In this document: piece after piece, positions 40,546 through 53,159 of the stretch
Position numbering within the stretch: the first letter of the stretch is position 1
Layout of the letters: every line of letters begins with the position of its first letter
DNA from: Takakia lepidozioides
Lineage: Eukaryota; Plantae; Bryophyta
Assembly: GCA_030704615.1 (NCBI GenBank)
Contig: CM060731.1
Location: forward strand, 13,702,001 to 13,766,000
Reading direction: 5' to 3'
Length of the DNA: 64,000 nt
Program-made: the position numbers and the translations under genes
The notes under the pieces: generated by a model
What the model was told of the DNA's origin: nothing
Database searches by the model: none
What the model saw: the letters and a program-made list of their open reading frames with translations, nothing else

Positions 40546-43500
40546 GGAAGTTGAGCGATGGTGAAATGAAATGAGCAGCAACAAAGCTTGCCGTCAGCAG
40601 CACATGGAGATGGTGCCTGCTCATGTGGGATCAACAACATCCATTGTTCCAGTGATTCTTGGTTTCTTTATGGGGTTTTATTTCTCCACTTAGCTTCTTG
40701 TTAACTCTTGTACAAGTCACCTAGTTTGATTACTTTTTTTTCCTTTTTTTTAATATTTCTTTTTGTTAATATATCTAGCTCTAATTTTGTTTCTCCTCTT
40801 GGGGACATTTGTACAGTCACCCCACTTGGGTCTTTTTATAAAACTATGTAGCACTTTCTTCATTGTGTTGTGAACAGTAGACATTAAAGAAACTTTATCT
40901 TTATCTTCATGTCGGTCTTTTTATAAAGCTTTACGGATTTTGACATTGACTAGACTAGTTTGTGGTGTACAGGGCCAAATTGTGGTTACATTTGTCCTCT
41001 TTCTTTCTTTTGTCTCTGTGCACACAAGCAATTAAAACATTCTGTATATTAAGTGCATAGGAGATGGCATAAAGATTGCGTCCTGGTTACATAAAAGTGT
41101 GTCACCAACCAATTATAGGAAGGGGCTCGTTGGGTCAATTGTTACCTAATGTGCGCGGTGGTATATGTCTTGTGTCAAAGCCTTGATCTTTAGAGTTCAA
41201 ACTATTTTCTTCATGTTGGACCATAGAAAATGTGATCACATAAGACAACAATTCTACACTCATTTATGTAAGTTAGAGAGATCTGTAAGGAAAACCAATT
41301 CATCATTATACATTTATGAATATTAACTGTGTAATTCAATAACCTCTAGATATTCGAGACAAAGCAAACAAGGTGCACACTTAGGCCCGGCCATTTACAG
41401 AGATAAAACATAAATTTTATAATTTATATATTACATTTGACATATTCATGCTATGAGAGAATTGTTTGAGTGTCATATAAAATGGCAGTGCCATGACCAT
41501 GATGACATGCTATAAAAAAATTGGTGTGATCGATGAAAGTGTTCCAGATTAAATTAGATGACGATAGTTGTGTTTCATTCAAGCATAATATATGTGAAGC
41601 TTGAAGGTTTCAATCGGATATTATATCATAACGATATTGGTTTAGCGATCGAGTATTCAATGTTTGCACGACCAAAAAATATATCGCAACTGTGATATGA
41701 TAGGTATTGACAATTTATGTTGTGCCATTGTTTTAAGTCCAAGAGGGGTCTACTCTGGATACTTCCAAGGAAACACTCTAAGTTCATCCAGCTTTACCGA
41801 ATACAGTTTGAACACAAATCACATCGTCCGGTTTGCTTTAGCTCTCCGGTTTAAGTAGTATTAGAATGTAATCCAATCCATGGGCCACACGACATACACA
41901 CATTGGATAGCCAAATGTTGTTCCGGCAAAGCCATAGAAAGATGCAAGATCACCCAGTGCTATCCTAATCTCATCCTAAACTAGCTGTTAGAATAAGATA
42001 AGTCTCTATTTGTAACTAAGTAATTCCAACTCATCGTCATCACTTCATGCCCAACATCATCCTTGGTTCATCCATCTCTGTTCATCCACTAGTTGAACAG
42101 TTATGTATTGCTCTCTAGAAGATCAGCCCGCAAGATGGCGACCTCAGCCCGCAGATTCTTTAAATCTTTGTCTCGGGTTGCACACAACTTCTCCACGTCC
42201 TTGTCTTTGGCTACAAGCAACTTCTCAAAGTCTTTATTCCGTGCTTCGAGCAACTACTGCAGTGTCTCCTCCGAGATACAACAAGTTGCAGGGTAGCAAC
42301 TTGGTCCCCTAGGATTTGGATATCCGCAAGGAAGAGGCATATTGAGTGCCCGGGCCAAGAAGGAGAAGTAGAGGAGAATTAGGGAGAGCGAGGGTGATGG
42401 CGAGACCCCATCATCGTCGTCAGTCCTTTGATTTTTGGATGAGGACACGGTGGAGGCGGCGTTGGGGCGTTGGCGTGCAACGCGCGTGAGCTCGCGCAGC
42501 GAAGAGAGAGAAAGAGCTCAGGCGTACAGAGAAAGAAATGAGAGGGGGAGGTGGGGAGCGTGGAATAGCAATAGTGAAGGAGGGACGGAGACAAAAAGAA
42601 AAAGAAAACAAATCCAAAGAGGGTGCGGCAGGTTTGGCTGCTGGCTGACGGGATCGCACTAGGGAGAGTAGGAAGAGAGAGCGGGGGCAGGGGGATACGG
42701 ACAAACAACACAAAACATGGAAAAAAAAAAAAAAAAAAAAAACCCGAATGTTAGAAGGAAATACAGAAGATGTATAAACATTTTCTAGGTAAAAAAAATA
42801 TGTTAACTTTGTTATGAGTGTTGAAGATAGTGATGTCTTTACCCACATTCATGAATTGAAGTTACTCATTGAGCAATTGGCTTCAGTGAGGGTTACCTAT
42901 ACTGATGAAGGTAAGGTTAAGACTTTCCTTGGGAGTCTCCCCGATTCTTTTGATCTTATCAGGTTGGCTGATCAAGAAAGGACCGGGCCAGTGGGCCACA
43001 TAGCGAAAGTCAAGATGCAGACGGGTGGTTACACAGGACTTCCAAATCATTGCTTTTCCCATTGACGAATATTCTTACGCCGTCCTATTTGGAAGGCCAT
43101 GGTTGGTGTACTCTAGAGCACGCAGAGACTGGGGTAGTCATGACTCTAGAGAACGCCATAGGACTGACTTTTCAAGACATGTCAGCCAAGTTAATGCAAA
43201 AAAATATGCGTCGAAATAAATCTAAGAATTCCACAAACAGCTAGGGAACCAGGGAACCACGACATTGTGGGTCGATACAAGGGTCACTCCAATAAACCTC
43301 ATGGTGCAGACACCAGCACGGGTGAGAATTCTACTTCACAAATAAAACCAAATTATACTCAGGAGGTCAGATTAGGCCAGAAAAGATGGATCATATGTAA
43401 TTACTGCAAGCAAACGTATCACACCAAGAAGGAGTGTAGGAAGTACTTAAGGGATCTCAAATCGGGAAAGGTCAAAGTTGGTCAAAACCAAGTAGATTAA

Positions 43501-46500
43501 GTCCCAGAAACCCATAAATTATTTATGACGTTTGTATCCAGTGCATTAATTGTAGATAATTCGTGGTTCCTAGATTCGGGAGCCACAGACCATATGACCT
43601 CTCATACAAGGGCCACACATGCCAAATACGTCCATGGAACGCAGCTCATATAACGTGGGGCCTCGGCGCGTAAGGTTGTCAGACTGTCGCCCCCATGTCC
43701 GCGCATCCGAGTTCTCCAACTCAATGAGAATTGCGTTGTGCCAAACGTACGTTTCGGGAAGCGTGCACCAGATCAGGGATGTCCACGTGTCATATGTCAT
43801 TTTCATGTGTGTTGTGGGCCGTTGGATTACATATCATCTCAATCACTCCTAGTTTGCCACCTACTCGACGCATTGGGGGACGGGAGGCAGTGTGGCCGCA
43901 ACGCAGCCGCCGTCCAGCAACGTCGTGGGGTCTGCGTTCACCGAACCCTGTGTGGTCCGGCTATCACCGAGAGTGGTTTTTTACTTATACCTTACATCTA
44001 CCTGGAGACAGAGTGTTTCTTGGAGATAATACCTCACATGATATTAATGGTCGTGGTGATGTTGCGATCAGATTGTATAATGGCGAAGTAAAGATGATGG
44101 AAAAGATACTTCATGTTTCAGGTTTACATTGCAATCTAATTTCAGTTCGTAAGGATGCAGCTTCTGGTTGTCCCGTAACATTTAAGGAATAAGTCAGTGT
44201 CTTTGGAAGGCCATGGTGGGCACTATACCATTCATCTTGATTCTCTTAATCATGGTTTATATAAGCTAGGCACCACTGATATGTATGTACCTAATTATTA
44301 TTGTTGCCCTTAACCTCAAAATCACTTGCATTGAGTACCATGATCAATTCTAAGAAAAAGTCTTCTGTCATATGGCATCAACGATGTGGTTATGCCAATG
44401 TAACAAAATTAAGGCTCATGCAAACTAATCAAGTTGTCCATGGTTTGAATGTGAATGCCTTGAGAGAGTTATCCTTTTGTCCGGGTTGTCTTTTATGGCA
44501 AACAAAAGCGACAAACATTTCCTAAGGAGGACAAGAAAACCACTGCCCTTTTATCTTTAGTGTTCTTATTACCAAGAAATCCCAAGCTTTTAAAAATTTC
44601 CAGGATTATAAAGCCTTAGCTGAAAATCAAACTAACATGAAGATAAAGGTTCATTGTACCGATAATGGCGGGGAATATATATATCTGGACATTTCAAAGA
44701 ATTTTGTGCTCACAATGGTATAATACATTGGTTCTTATACACTGCAACAGAATGGTGTGGCTGAGCGAAAAAACCGAACCTTGGTTAAGAATCTGCTCGT
44801 TGTATGTTGCACCCTGCCAATCTTTCAATTCTGTTTTGGGCTGAAGCCCTTACTACAGCAAATTATGTCCAAAACAAATTATTGAATAAGGGTAATGTCC
44901 ATAAAACTCCAATAGAGCTCTGGTTTGGTATTAAGCCTTTGATAGAGTTGCCTCTTGCCAATATGGATGATCAGACCAAGTGATGGCTTCATGATAGGAC
45001 AAAGGCTTAATATGTCAAAGCAGGGACAGTATGATGATAATGGGCATATTTAGGATTAGGTTTGAGTTTCCTACCATAATGTCAAGTAGCGGGAGGAGTA
45101 ACTTTATTAAAGGGAAAGCCCAAGAGGGCTGGGACTGGTAATTCCGCCAGTGTATCACCCAAAACGGGTTGACGTGAAGAGGGTACCTCAGTAATTGATG
45201 GATCATCATCATGTGGAGATGAAAATAAAGGATTATTAGATATAGAATGTTGGGAGGGTGTATTGACCAGGGGTGGAGGTACGACTGGTGGAGCAGAGGG
45301 GCAACAGCAGGTTGGGGTACCAGAGGGGCGATAGCAGGTGTTGTATTATGTATGGACCCCACCACAAAGTTGTCAGATTCTTTATGAGGTGTAATGATGG
45401 CTGTGGCATCTCTTGAAGAAGGTTGTTGTAATTCTTCGTGAAAGATGACACGGACGTGGCTTACTGTCCCACTTCTGTCTTTTTCCTGTGGGATCATGGG
45501 AAGAAGTAGAACAACCAAAAATTCGAAAATGGTCATCAAGAGTGATACTTGGGACTTAGTTGCTTTGTCAATTGGACATAAACATATGCAATGTAAATGG
45601 CTCTTCAAAATTAAGCTTAAAGCTAATGGCACTGTTGAACGCCATAAAGCGCGTCTTGTTGCACTATTCAGACGTAGTTGGGTTGATTATCAAAGATACT
45701 TTCTCTCTTGTTGTTAAAATAATTTTCATTCGTACTTTGTTAGTATTGGCTGCCATCCGTAATTGGGCTGTCCATCAAATGGATGTCAAGACAACTTTCT
45801 ACATGGCACATTAAAAGAGGAAATTTACATGATTCAGCCCGAGGGTTTTGTTCAACCTGGCCATGAAACAAAAGTTTGTCGCTTGCACCAGAGTTTGTAT
45901 GGACTTAAACAGGTCCTCGAGTGTGGTGTGAACGAATAGACACAGATCTTCATGGTGTTGGTTGTGTATGTCAAGCATTTTCAAAGTCTTATTATAATCC
46001 TTGCTTTATATGTGGATGATGCCCTTTTATTTTGGAATAATTCAGCTTTAGTGTTGGATACAAAGAATAAACTTCACTCTACCTACGAAATGACTAATAA
46101 TGGCTCAGTTCATTATATTTTGGGTATTCAAATTCATCGTGATTCTAATACCCACAGCATCACTTTAACTCAGCAAAATTATGTTGAATCTACTCTTCAC
46201 CGTTTTCATATGGAAGATAGCAAACCTCTTGGGAAGAGCTTTGGAGGTAAATGCTAAACTTACATGGGCGCAATGTCCTACCACACTTGAAGATCGTCAA
46301 GCGATGCTAACTATTCCCTATCAATAAGCAGTGGGTTGTCTCGCCTATGCTATGGTGTGCACGTCACTACAACAGATTGCGGCTTTTATGACTCCCATGG
46401 GTGCACAGTCATGACAGATTTGTGGCAGAAATGACATTTGCAGTTGTAAAAATGCAGGTCTGGGGAAGGCGTATATGCGACTGCATTGCTCCGGACTCTA

Positions 46501-47182
46501 CACAACATAGGTCAAACATGTTTGACCACGAATATTGGCATGGTAGATATGACTACCGGTCACGGTCATGGCTACACTGGAATGGTGTGTGCATATTGCT
46601 AGACAGACATATGACTTCATGACTCTCACTCTAATGCATTTTCCCAGATCATCACATGGATGAATCACTACATGATTGCACGTGTCGACACATGCTTTTC
46701 TGGTTATATATATAATATATGAGTATTTATATTTTGAAAAAACGGAGACTCTGACCACTAGAATGAATTTTATTTTATTTTATTTTATTTAAAAAAAATC
46801 AAAGTGCAAAAATATTTTTAAAAAAACACATCAGCCGGTAAGTGCACAGTGTGTCGCCCTGGTGGTTTAGGGTTCAAACCCGCTGCCCTTATCCCGTGTG
46901 TGGGATTGTTCGTGACGGTATGTCTGGGCGTTGATCGTCCTGTAGGTCTTATGGCCCATAAATGAAGGCGGGCGAATTTCTCCCCCTCCTCAAGGGCATG
47001 TGGTTTCCTTTAAGAAAAGAAAAAAAAAATCAAAAAAGGCTTTTAGGATTACAAAAATGTTAAAAAACTTAAAAAGTTGCCCATCACGGTAGCGTGAACA
47101 GACTTAGAGTGAGCGGGAGAGAGAGAGAGAGGGGGCTGGGACTTAGAGCGAGCGGGAGGGAGGGAAAACATGTATGGGACGC

Positions 47183-47258
47183 CCGCAGTTGGAGCAACCT
47201 TCGCATCTGAAGCAAGCAACCCTAGAAACGCTAGGGTATGTGTGCGAGGAGGTTTCGG
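47183..47258 (+). pseudogene. Importin-beta1 (karyopherin beta) captured fragment
   Basis: QLEQPSHLKQATLETLGYVCEEVS resembles the conserved plant importin-beta1 HEAT segment (H.KQATLETLGY.CEEV). Confidence 0.75.
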
Positions 47259-49016
47259 CTGGGAGCTCGCCGTTCTTGGGAGAGTCAGCTTCGCCGTGTT
47301 TCAATCTCTACCCGCTCGGCCCTGATTTTATAGCAAGGAGCAGAGCTGGCATGAGTTTCTTAAAGATCCTTCACGATGGTGGGACACTCGCAATCGCAAT
47401 GTGTGGCAAGAACCTTGTAAACATCAGGAAGAATACAAAATCATGGTACTAACAGGAGCCAACAACCCACATTTGCAGGATGGACAAACTTCTACACATC
47501 GTACATTAAGAAAAAAGGAGAGTCAGCTTGGTCTTAGCAGGCCGTGTTTCAATCTCTGCCCACTCAGCTGCACCGTGGTGGTTCTCACTGACCAATCTAA
47601 CATTACCTAACTACAGACACAAGCAGCACACACAAGAGGTCCTCTTGGGTTCATGGTCAGTCAAATCCTCCATGGGTCATGACACAAGTCGAGAACAATG
47701 TGGTGAGGGCACCTTCTTCTTCGACCTATTTCAGCCTGTTTTGCCCTCTCATTAGACTCGGCCCTGAATTTGTATCATGGAGCAAAGCTGGCATGAGTTT
47801 TTTAAAGATAATTCACGATGGTGCGACAACCGCAATCGCAAAGTGTGGCTTTTTCTTAATGTAGGTTGTGAAGAAGTTTGTCCATCCTACAAATGTGGGC
47901 TGTTGGCTCCTGTTAGTACATGATTTGATATTCTTCCTGATGTTTACAAGGTTCTTGGGAGAGTCAGCTTGGTCTTAGCAGGCCGTGTTTCAATGTCTGC
48001 CTGCTCAGCTGTACCGTGGTGCAGGTTCTCACAGACCAATCCGACATTACCTGACTACAGACACAAGCATCACACACAATAGGTCCTTATGTCGGTCAAA
48101 TCCTCCATGGGTCATGACACAAGGTCAAGGACAGTGTGGTGAGGGCACCTTCTTCTTCGACCTATTTCAGCCTGTTTTGCCTTCTCATCAGACTCGGCCC
48201 TGAGATGCATATTGAATTTTGTAAGTTAGTTCATTGCTCGTTGATAAGTAGGGTTGGGGGTGTTTGCTGGAACAATTCTAGGCTGTCATTGTCAGCTGCT
48301 AGCAGGAAGGCAAGGATGTATGCATGATTTTGTGCAGAGGCATAGATAGCTGAAGGAGCAGGGATAGAGTGTGGGCCCAAATTCGTCCAAGAGGGCCGGA
48401 TTTCAAGCTCCATTATTTCAATGTCATCCATTCAGCCAGGGATTTCCTGGTGACATTGCCAAGGCTTTACTCGCAACACGATGCTTGTAATGTTTCCTTA
48501 GCTTGAATGCTGATTATGCTTGAATTATTAGGTTTGTAAAGCCAGTTTTGAAATTTTCATGGTAATCAGCTCTCTTGAAAATCTGTAGGTTGCAAGCCAT
48601 TTTCAGCGGGCCGTGGGTGGACTGGAAGACAGCCATTCAAAGTCCTGGTGCAAGTTAATACCAGTGGAGAGCAGTGTAAGCTTCATATGCCCTTTTGGTG
48701 CTAGTTATCTTCATGTATGGTACTGTTGAACACCAACAATCTTTTGGTGAGACTCTGTCTTGGTGCACGTGTCTGATAAAGAAAGACGGTAAGGTTTGTT
48801 CTGAAACCTGAAGGCGTGAAATGATTCAACACAGCAAGTTATAGATCAATCGTTCTGGACAGGTTTCCTCACTTAGCAGCACTCACATCAACCTGAGGAT
48901 CATGTACCTACATGGAGGAGCTATTTGAGCAATCTTGAAAAGAATATTTCTGTACACAGTAAGTACTAAGGCTCTTGAGACTAAATCTGTTGGCATACGT
49001 GTATGTCTATCGCAGG

Positions 49017-50037
49017 GAAAGGAGTTCCAAAATATGTCTATAGTGCCGAGTCAGGATGAGCTTCTATCTCGTGAGCATGTTGCACTGCCACTCAACCTTG
49101 TTGGTGTGCGCTACAAATCGATAATGGAGTATCTCGAGACCCAATTTCTGCTTCTGCGGGAAGATTTTATTGAGCCACTCAGAGCTGGGATTAGGTCCTA
49201 CCAAATGCCAGCCATCCAGGCCAGGGTCCAAGAGTTGCGTGTCTATCGTCATGTCCAGCTCGTAGGCCTTCGATGTGGTTCTTCTAGCATGGAATTCCAT
49301 TTGTCCTTCAGGGTCAAACCTTCAAGGGGAGCCTCCCGCTTGGAGGCTGATAAAAGTCTAATGATGGGATCTTTACTATGTATATCTCAGGATGATTTCC
49401 AGTCAGTCCAAGGCTGTGCAATAGTGGCACATCGAGATGCTACGGCTGTAGCAAATCCTGGTATGATTGATGTCCAATTCATCGGACCAGCAGATCAGTG
49501 TTTACTGGACATAGGCAAGGTCTATGTTATGGTGGAGTCCTCCTCTGCATATTTCGAGGCATATTCACATGCATTGAAGTGTGTGCAGCAGGAGGAAATG
49601 GAGAATATCCCATTCTCAAGGCACCTCGTGAACCTTGAGCCCATGGTGAATCCACCCAGCTATCTTCTGGCCAGTAAAAATGGCCTACAGTACGATATTA
49701 GCTGTATTTTTCCGGAATTTGAGGGAGATGTCGGGAGAAAAACCCTGAATGTGTTGGAAGAATGGCCGTCATTCTCTTGACTGCAGCCAGATGAGGGCGC
49801 TAAGACATGCATTGACAAAGGAAATTGCCTTAATCCAAGGCCCCCCGGGCACAGGCAAAACCTTCATAGGGCTGCTTGCAGTGCGAGTCCTACTAGCAAA
49901 CCTCTACAGCTCAGTCCTACAGTCCTCTTCTATCAAGGATAGTCCTAGCTTTTCCCTAGAAACTGAAAATGCTCTAGTTCAAGGACCCATCTTGGTGGTT
50001 TGTTTTACCAACCATGCATTGGATCAGTTCTTAGAAC
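49017..50037 (+). pseudogene. ZNFX1: ZNFX1/Hrr1-like UPF1-family SF1 RNA helicase, N-terminal fragment (frameshift near 49770, truncated)
   Basis: YLETQFLLLREDFIEPLRAGI, GSLLCISQDDF, MVESSSAYFEAY, LDCSQMRALRHALTKEIALIQGPPGTGKT (Walker A) and PILVVCFTNHALDQFLE are collinear ZNFX1 signatures. Confidence 0.88.
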
Positions 50038-50410
50038 AAGATGTGGTGTCGTGGAGTGTGATGCTTGCAGGGTATGCACAGCGGGGTGCGGGATGGAGGC
50101 TCCAACCTTTGAGCAAATGATGGGGGAAGGGGTGAAGGCCGCCGACATAACGTTTGTGTGCGTTTGCAGTGTGTTTGGCAGCCCTGGAAAAGGGCAAAGA
50201 GATCCCTGGTGACATCATCAAATCTGCAATTGTACCAGATGTCATCCTGATCATTGCTCTGGTGGCCATGTATGCTAAATGTGGGAGCATTGAGGATGCC
50301 AAGGGAGTGTTCAACACTATGGCTGAATCAGATGTGGTGTCGTGGAATGGGATGCTTGCAGGGTGTGCAGAGCAGGAGCGCGGGATGGGGCTTTGGACAC
50401 CTGACAGCAA
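50038..50410 (+). pseudogene. PLS-type PPR fragments fused to the helicase fragment
   Basis: DVVSWSVMLAGYAQRG and ALVAMYAKCGSIEDAKGVFNTMAESDVVSWNGMLAG, with frameshifts. Confidence 0.9.
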
Positions 50411-53159
50411 ATGATGGGGAAAGGGGTGAAGGTACCTTCTTCAACATATTTCACCCTGTTTTCCCTGCTAGTGTTTGCTTTGATAATTCTAGGCTGTCAT
50501 TGTCAGCTGCTAGCAGCAAGGCGAGGATGTATGCATGATTTGTGCAGAGGCATGGATAGCTGAAGGAGTAGGGATTTTGTGTGGGTCCAGATTCATCCAA
50601 GAGGGCCAGATTTCAAGCACAAGATTACCTGTGATTCCCTGTGGATCAATAGCTACAAGAAACCTGCATGGGTAGATGGTCAACTGGCAGCAGCGGCACA
50701 AGTGATAAAACAGGCACTGCTAATGAAGGCATCTTCTTCAACACATTTCACCCTGTTTTTCCCTCTTATCAGAATCGGCCCTAAATTTACATGTTCAATT
50801 CTGCAAGTTAGCTGATTGAGTAAATCTAGTTTGGAGTGACTTTGACATGATACTGCCAATGTGACAACAGAAAAGTGTCAAAAAACAGGTAACAGAGATG
50901 AGGAGAAGCTGTGGAATGAATACTTATCTGAGCCCAGTCACTGATGGGTCAACCGGGGCAGAAAGGTGAATGCCTGCTACAATTCAGAGAGTAGTAGACG
51001 CAATTCAGCATAGGAACTAGTGTGCTACGCTGAGTTGGGTGTTTCCTAGAACAAATATGGGTGACGCAGGGTGCTAGGCAATGGGCAAGACGTCTTTGTA
51101 TAAACATGAGTGACCTTCCTATCCTCCTGACTCTCATTTTTAGTGCATGTTTCTTTGTGAAGTATCTGACGACTTTGCCAACACACACCAATTTTTTGCT
51201 TTGGTTTATTTACGAGTCCATGGGATAGAAGTTACCATAAACAACATTGGCATTGGTTTTTCATATATGGTATTAGATAATTCTCTTAATTGTTTCCGCC
51301 TTGCAGGTTGCTCAGTGACCTTCCCTGGACGCTTTGGAGTATAGCGAATGAGTGTCTCACAATGCAATGTTGGTTGGTGCATCTTATGCAAGAACTTGGA
51401 AAACAAACAGATGTCCTTGCTGTAGTAATTCTTAAAGCCATGCAAGCCTTAGTTTTTTATGGGTTGCAGATTGATGGAATACATGAGTAGTTAGAAGAGA
51501 CTGGGTGAACACTTTTCAAAGTGTTATAGTTAGACAATATAATTCACATGAGAACATGTGACTATTTTATGTATTTTTAGATCGCGACAAAAATGATAAT
51601 GATAAATAGATTGGTAAATAGAGATGGTATACAATCTCTTGGTTTTGCTCAGCTTGTTGCAGTTATGTCCTGCTCCCTTGTTCTCTTTGTATTATATATT
51701 ATATTTCATTGTTGTAATAGACATGTACATGACTGCTATCATAGTCATAATAATGACTACATCTATTTTCACTCTCCAATAGTACTACACCACGTGGCAG
51801 AAATACAAATATGTAAAAAAAATAGCAATACACCAAAAAAAAAACACCCATCATGACACATGTCAATCTGCTGAGGGACCACATGTAAAAATTGCAACGC
51901 GCCACGTGTTGCAACCGGATTAGCATGCCCTTAGTCATAGTTCGCAGTCATGGAGAGCGAACACTCTGCCACGTGTCATTTTTTGTATCGAGCACGTGCC
52001 ACTCTTGCACAGCCGCTGACATGGACTACACTGTCCGTTCAGTCATTCAGTAAAACCAGCGTGTATGACTACCCCCACAGCTGCTCAGGCGCCACGTCAC
52101 AACCAGCCTGGAGAGTCATATCTGCCATGTCATAACTGACTAGGCTTTTACGTCTTCAGAGTCAGGAAGTCGTAAATGGCTTCCATAACTGCATTTGCAG
52201 TCATAACACAGAGACGTAAAAGCCGCAATCTGTTGTAGTGCGTGACCAGATATAGCCTTTGCAGTGGGGGAAGTTGCTCAATATTCATCCAATCTTGGAC
52301 AATCACATTGGAATGTTGTGAAGAGAATATTACGATATCTTACAGGCTCATCTGCTCAAGGTATTACATACTCATCTCATCACTCTAGCCCTACAGTATT
52401 GGTTGGATATTGTGATGCTTATTGGGCAGGTGATATTGATGGTCGCAAATCTACTACCGGATATATATACATTTTTGGAGGTGGTGCAATAAGTTAGAGC
52501 AGTAAATGCCAAAGTACTGTTGCTTTGTCAAGTAAAGAAGCAAAATACAAGGGAGGTACTGAAGCTTCAAAAGAGGCTATTTGGTTAAGACAACTATTAT
52601 AAGATGTTGAACATCCTCTACCTTCTTCTACACTACTTAACTGTAATAAACAAAACCCTATTTTAAGTAATTCCGAACTTTTGGCTTAAATCCGGACCAA
52701 ACTTAATATATAACATAATTAAAATTAATTCAGGTATTAATAATAATATCGTGGAATATTGAGTCATTTAACTTGTGAAGTTGCACAATCCCATTCATGT
52801 AACATCGAATGGTAAGTCGAATGACGTACTTTGCATCAGAAAATTATAAAGATAAGATCGATTGAATGAAGTTATTAATAAATTGATAGATGTATGACAT
52901 AAACAGATGATTCAAGAAGATAATATACAAATGAAAAGTAAACATCCATACCATGCTTACAGTATAGTGGTATCATGAACCAATGTATTGCAAGTTTTCA
53001 ATTGATGGAATAAAACGTTGAATGGAATAAGGTTGGATTTCTATGAAACATGTGAATTATGTTTCAAAATATTTAGGGATCCTTCCGATGTTCATATGAC
53101 AACCAAATATTGTGGAAGAGTGTCATGTAGATTCAGCTATAAAGTCATTGAACCAAGTT

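Larger units (their letters stand above)
46365..52240. mobile_element. Complete non-autonomous Pack-CACTA (5876 bp) carrying host gene fragments
   Basis: 24-bp perfect TIR CACTACAACAGATTGCGGCTTTTA. CGT 3-bp TSD at 46362-46364 and 52241-52243. ATGACT/AGTCAT subterminal repeats. No transposase. Removing it rejoins the Copia frame (MVCT*PDIAFAV). Confidence 0.96.
42770..52650 (+). mobile_element. Degenerate Ty1/Copia retrotransposon interrupted by several insertions
   Basis: Domains in Copia order: gag (FLGSLPDSFD), zinc knuckle CNYCKQTYHTKKEC, protease WFLDSGATDHMT, GAG-pre-integrase IWHQRCGY, integrase [30 protein letters not shown] and LALYVDD, RNase H GYCDAYWAGDIDGRKSTTGY (52244-52650). Confidence 0.93.

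Noticed and set aside
41860-42330. Possible LTR upstream of the Copia gag
   Set aside because: No partner LTR and no canonical TGGTATCAGAGC PBS visible.
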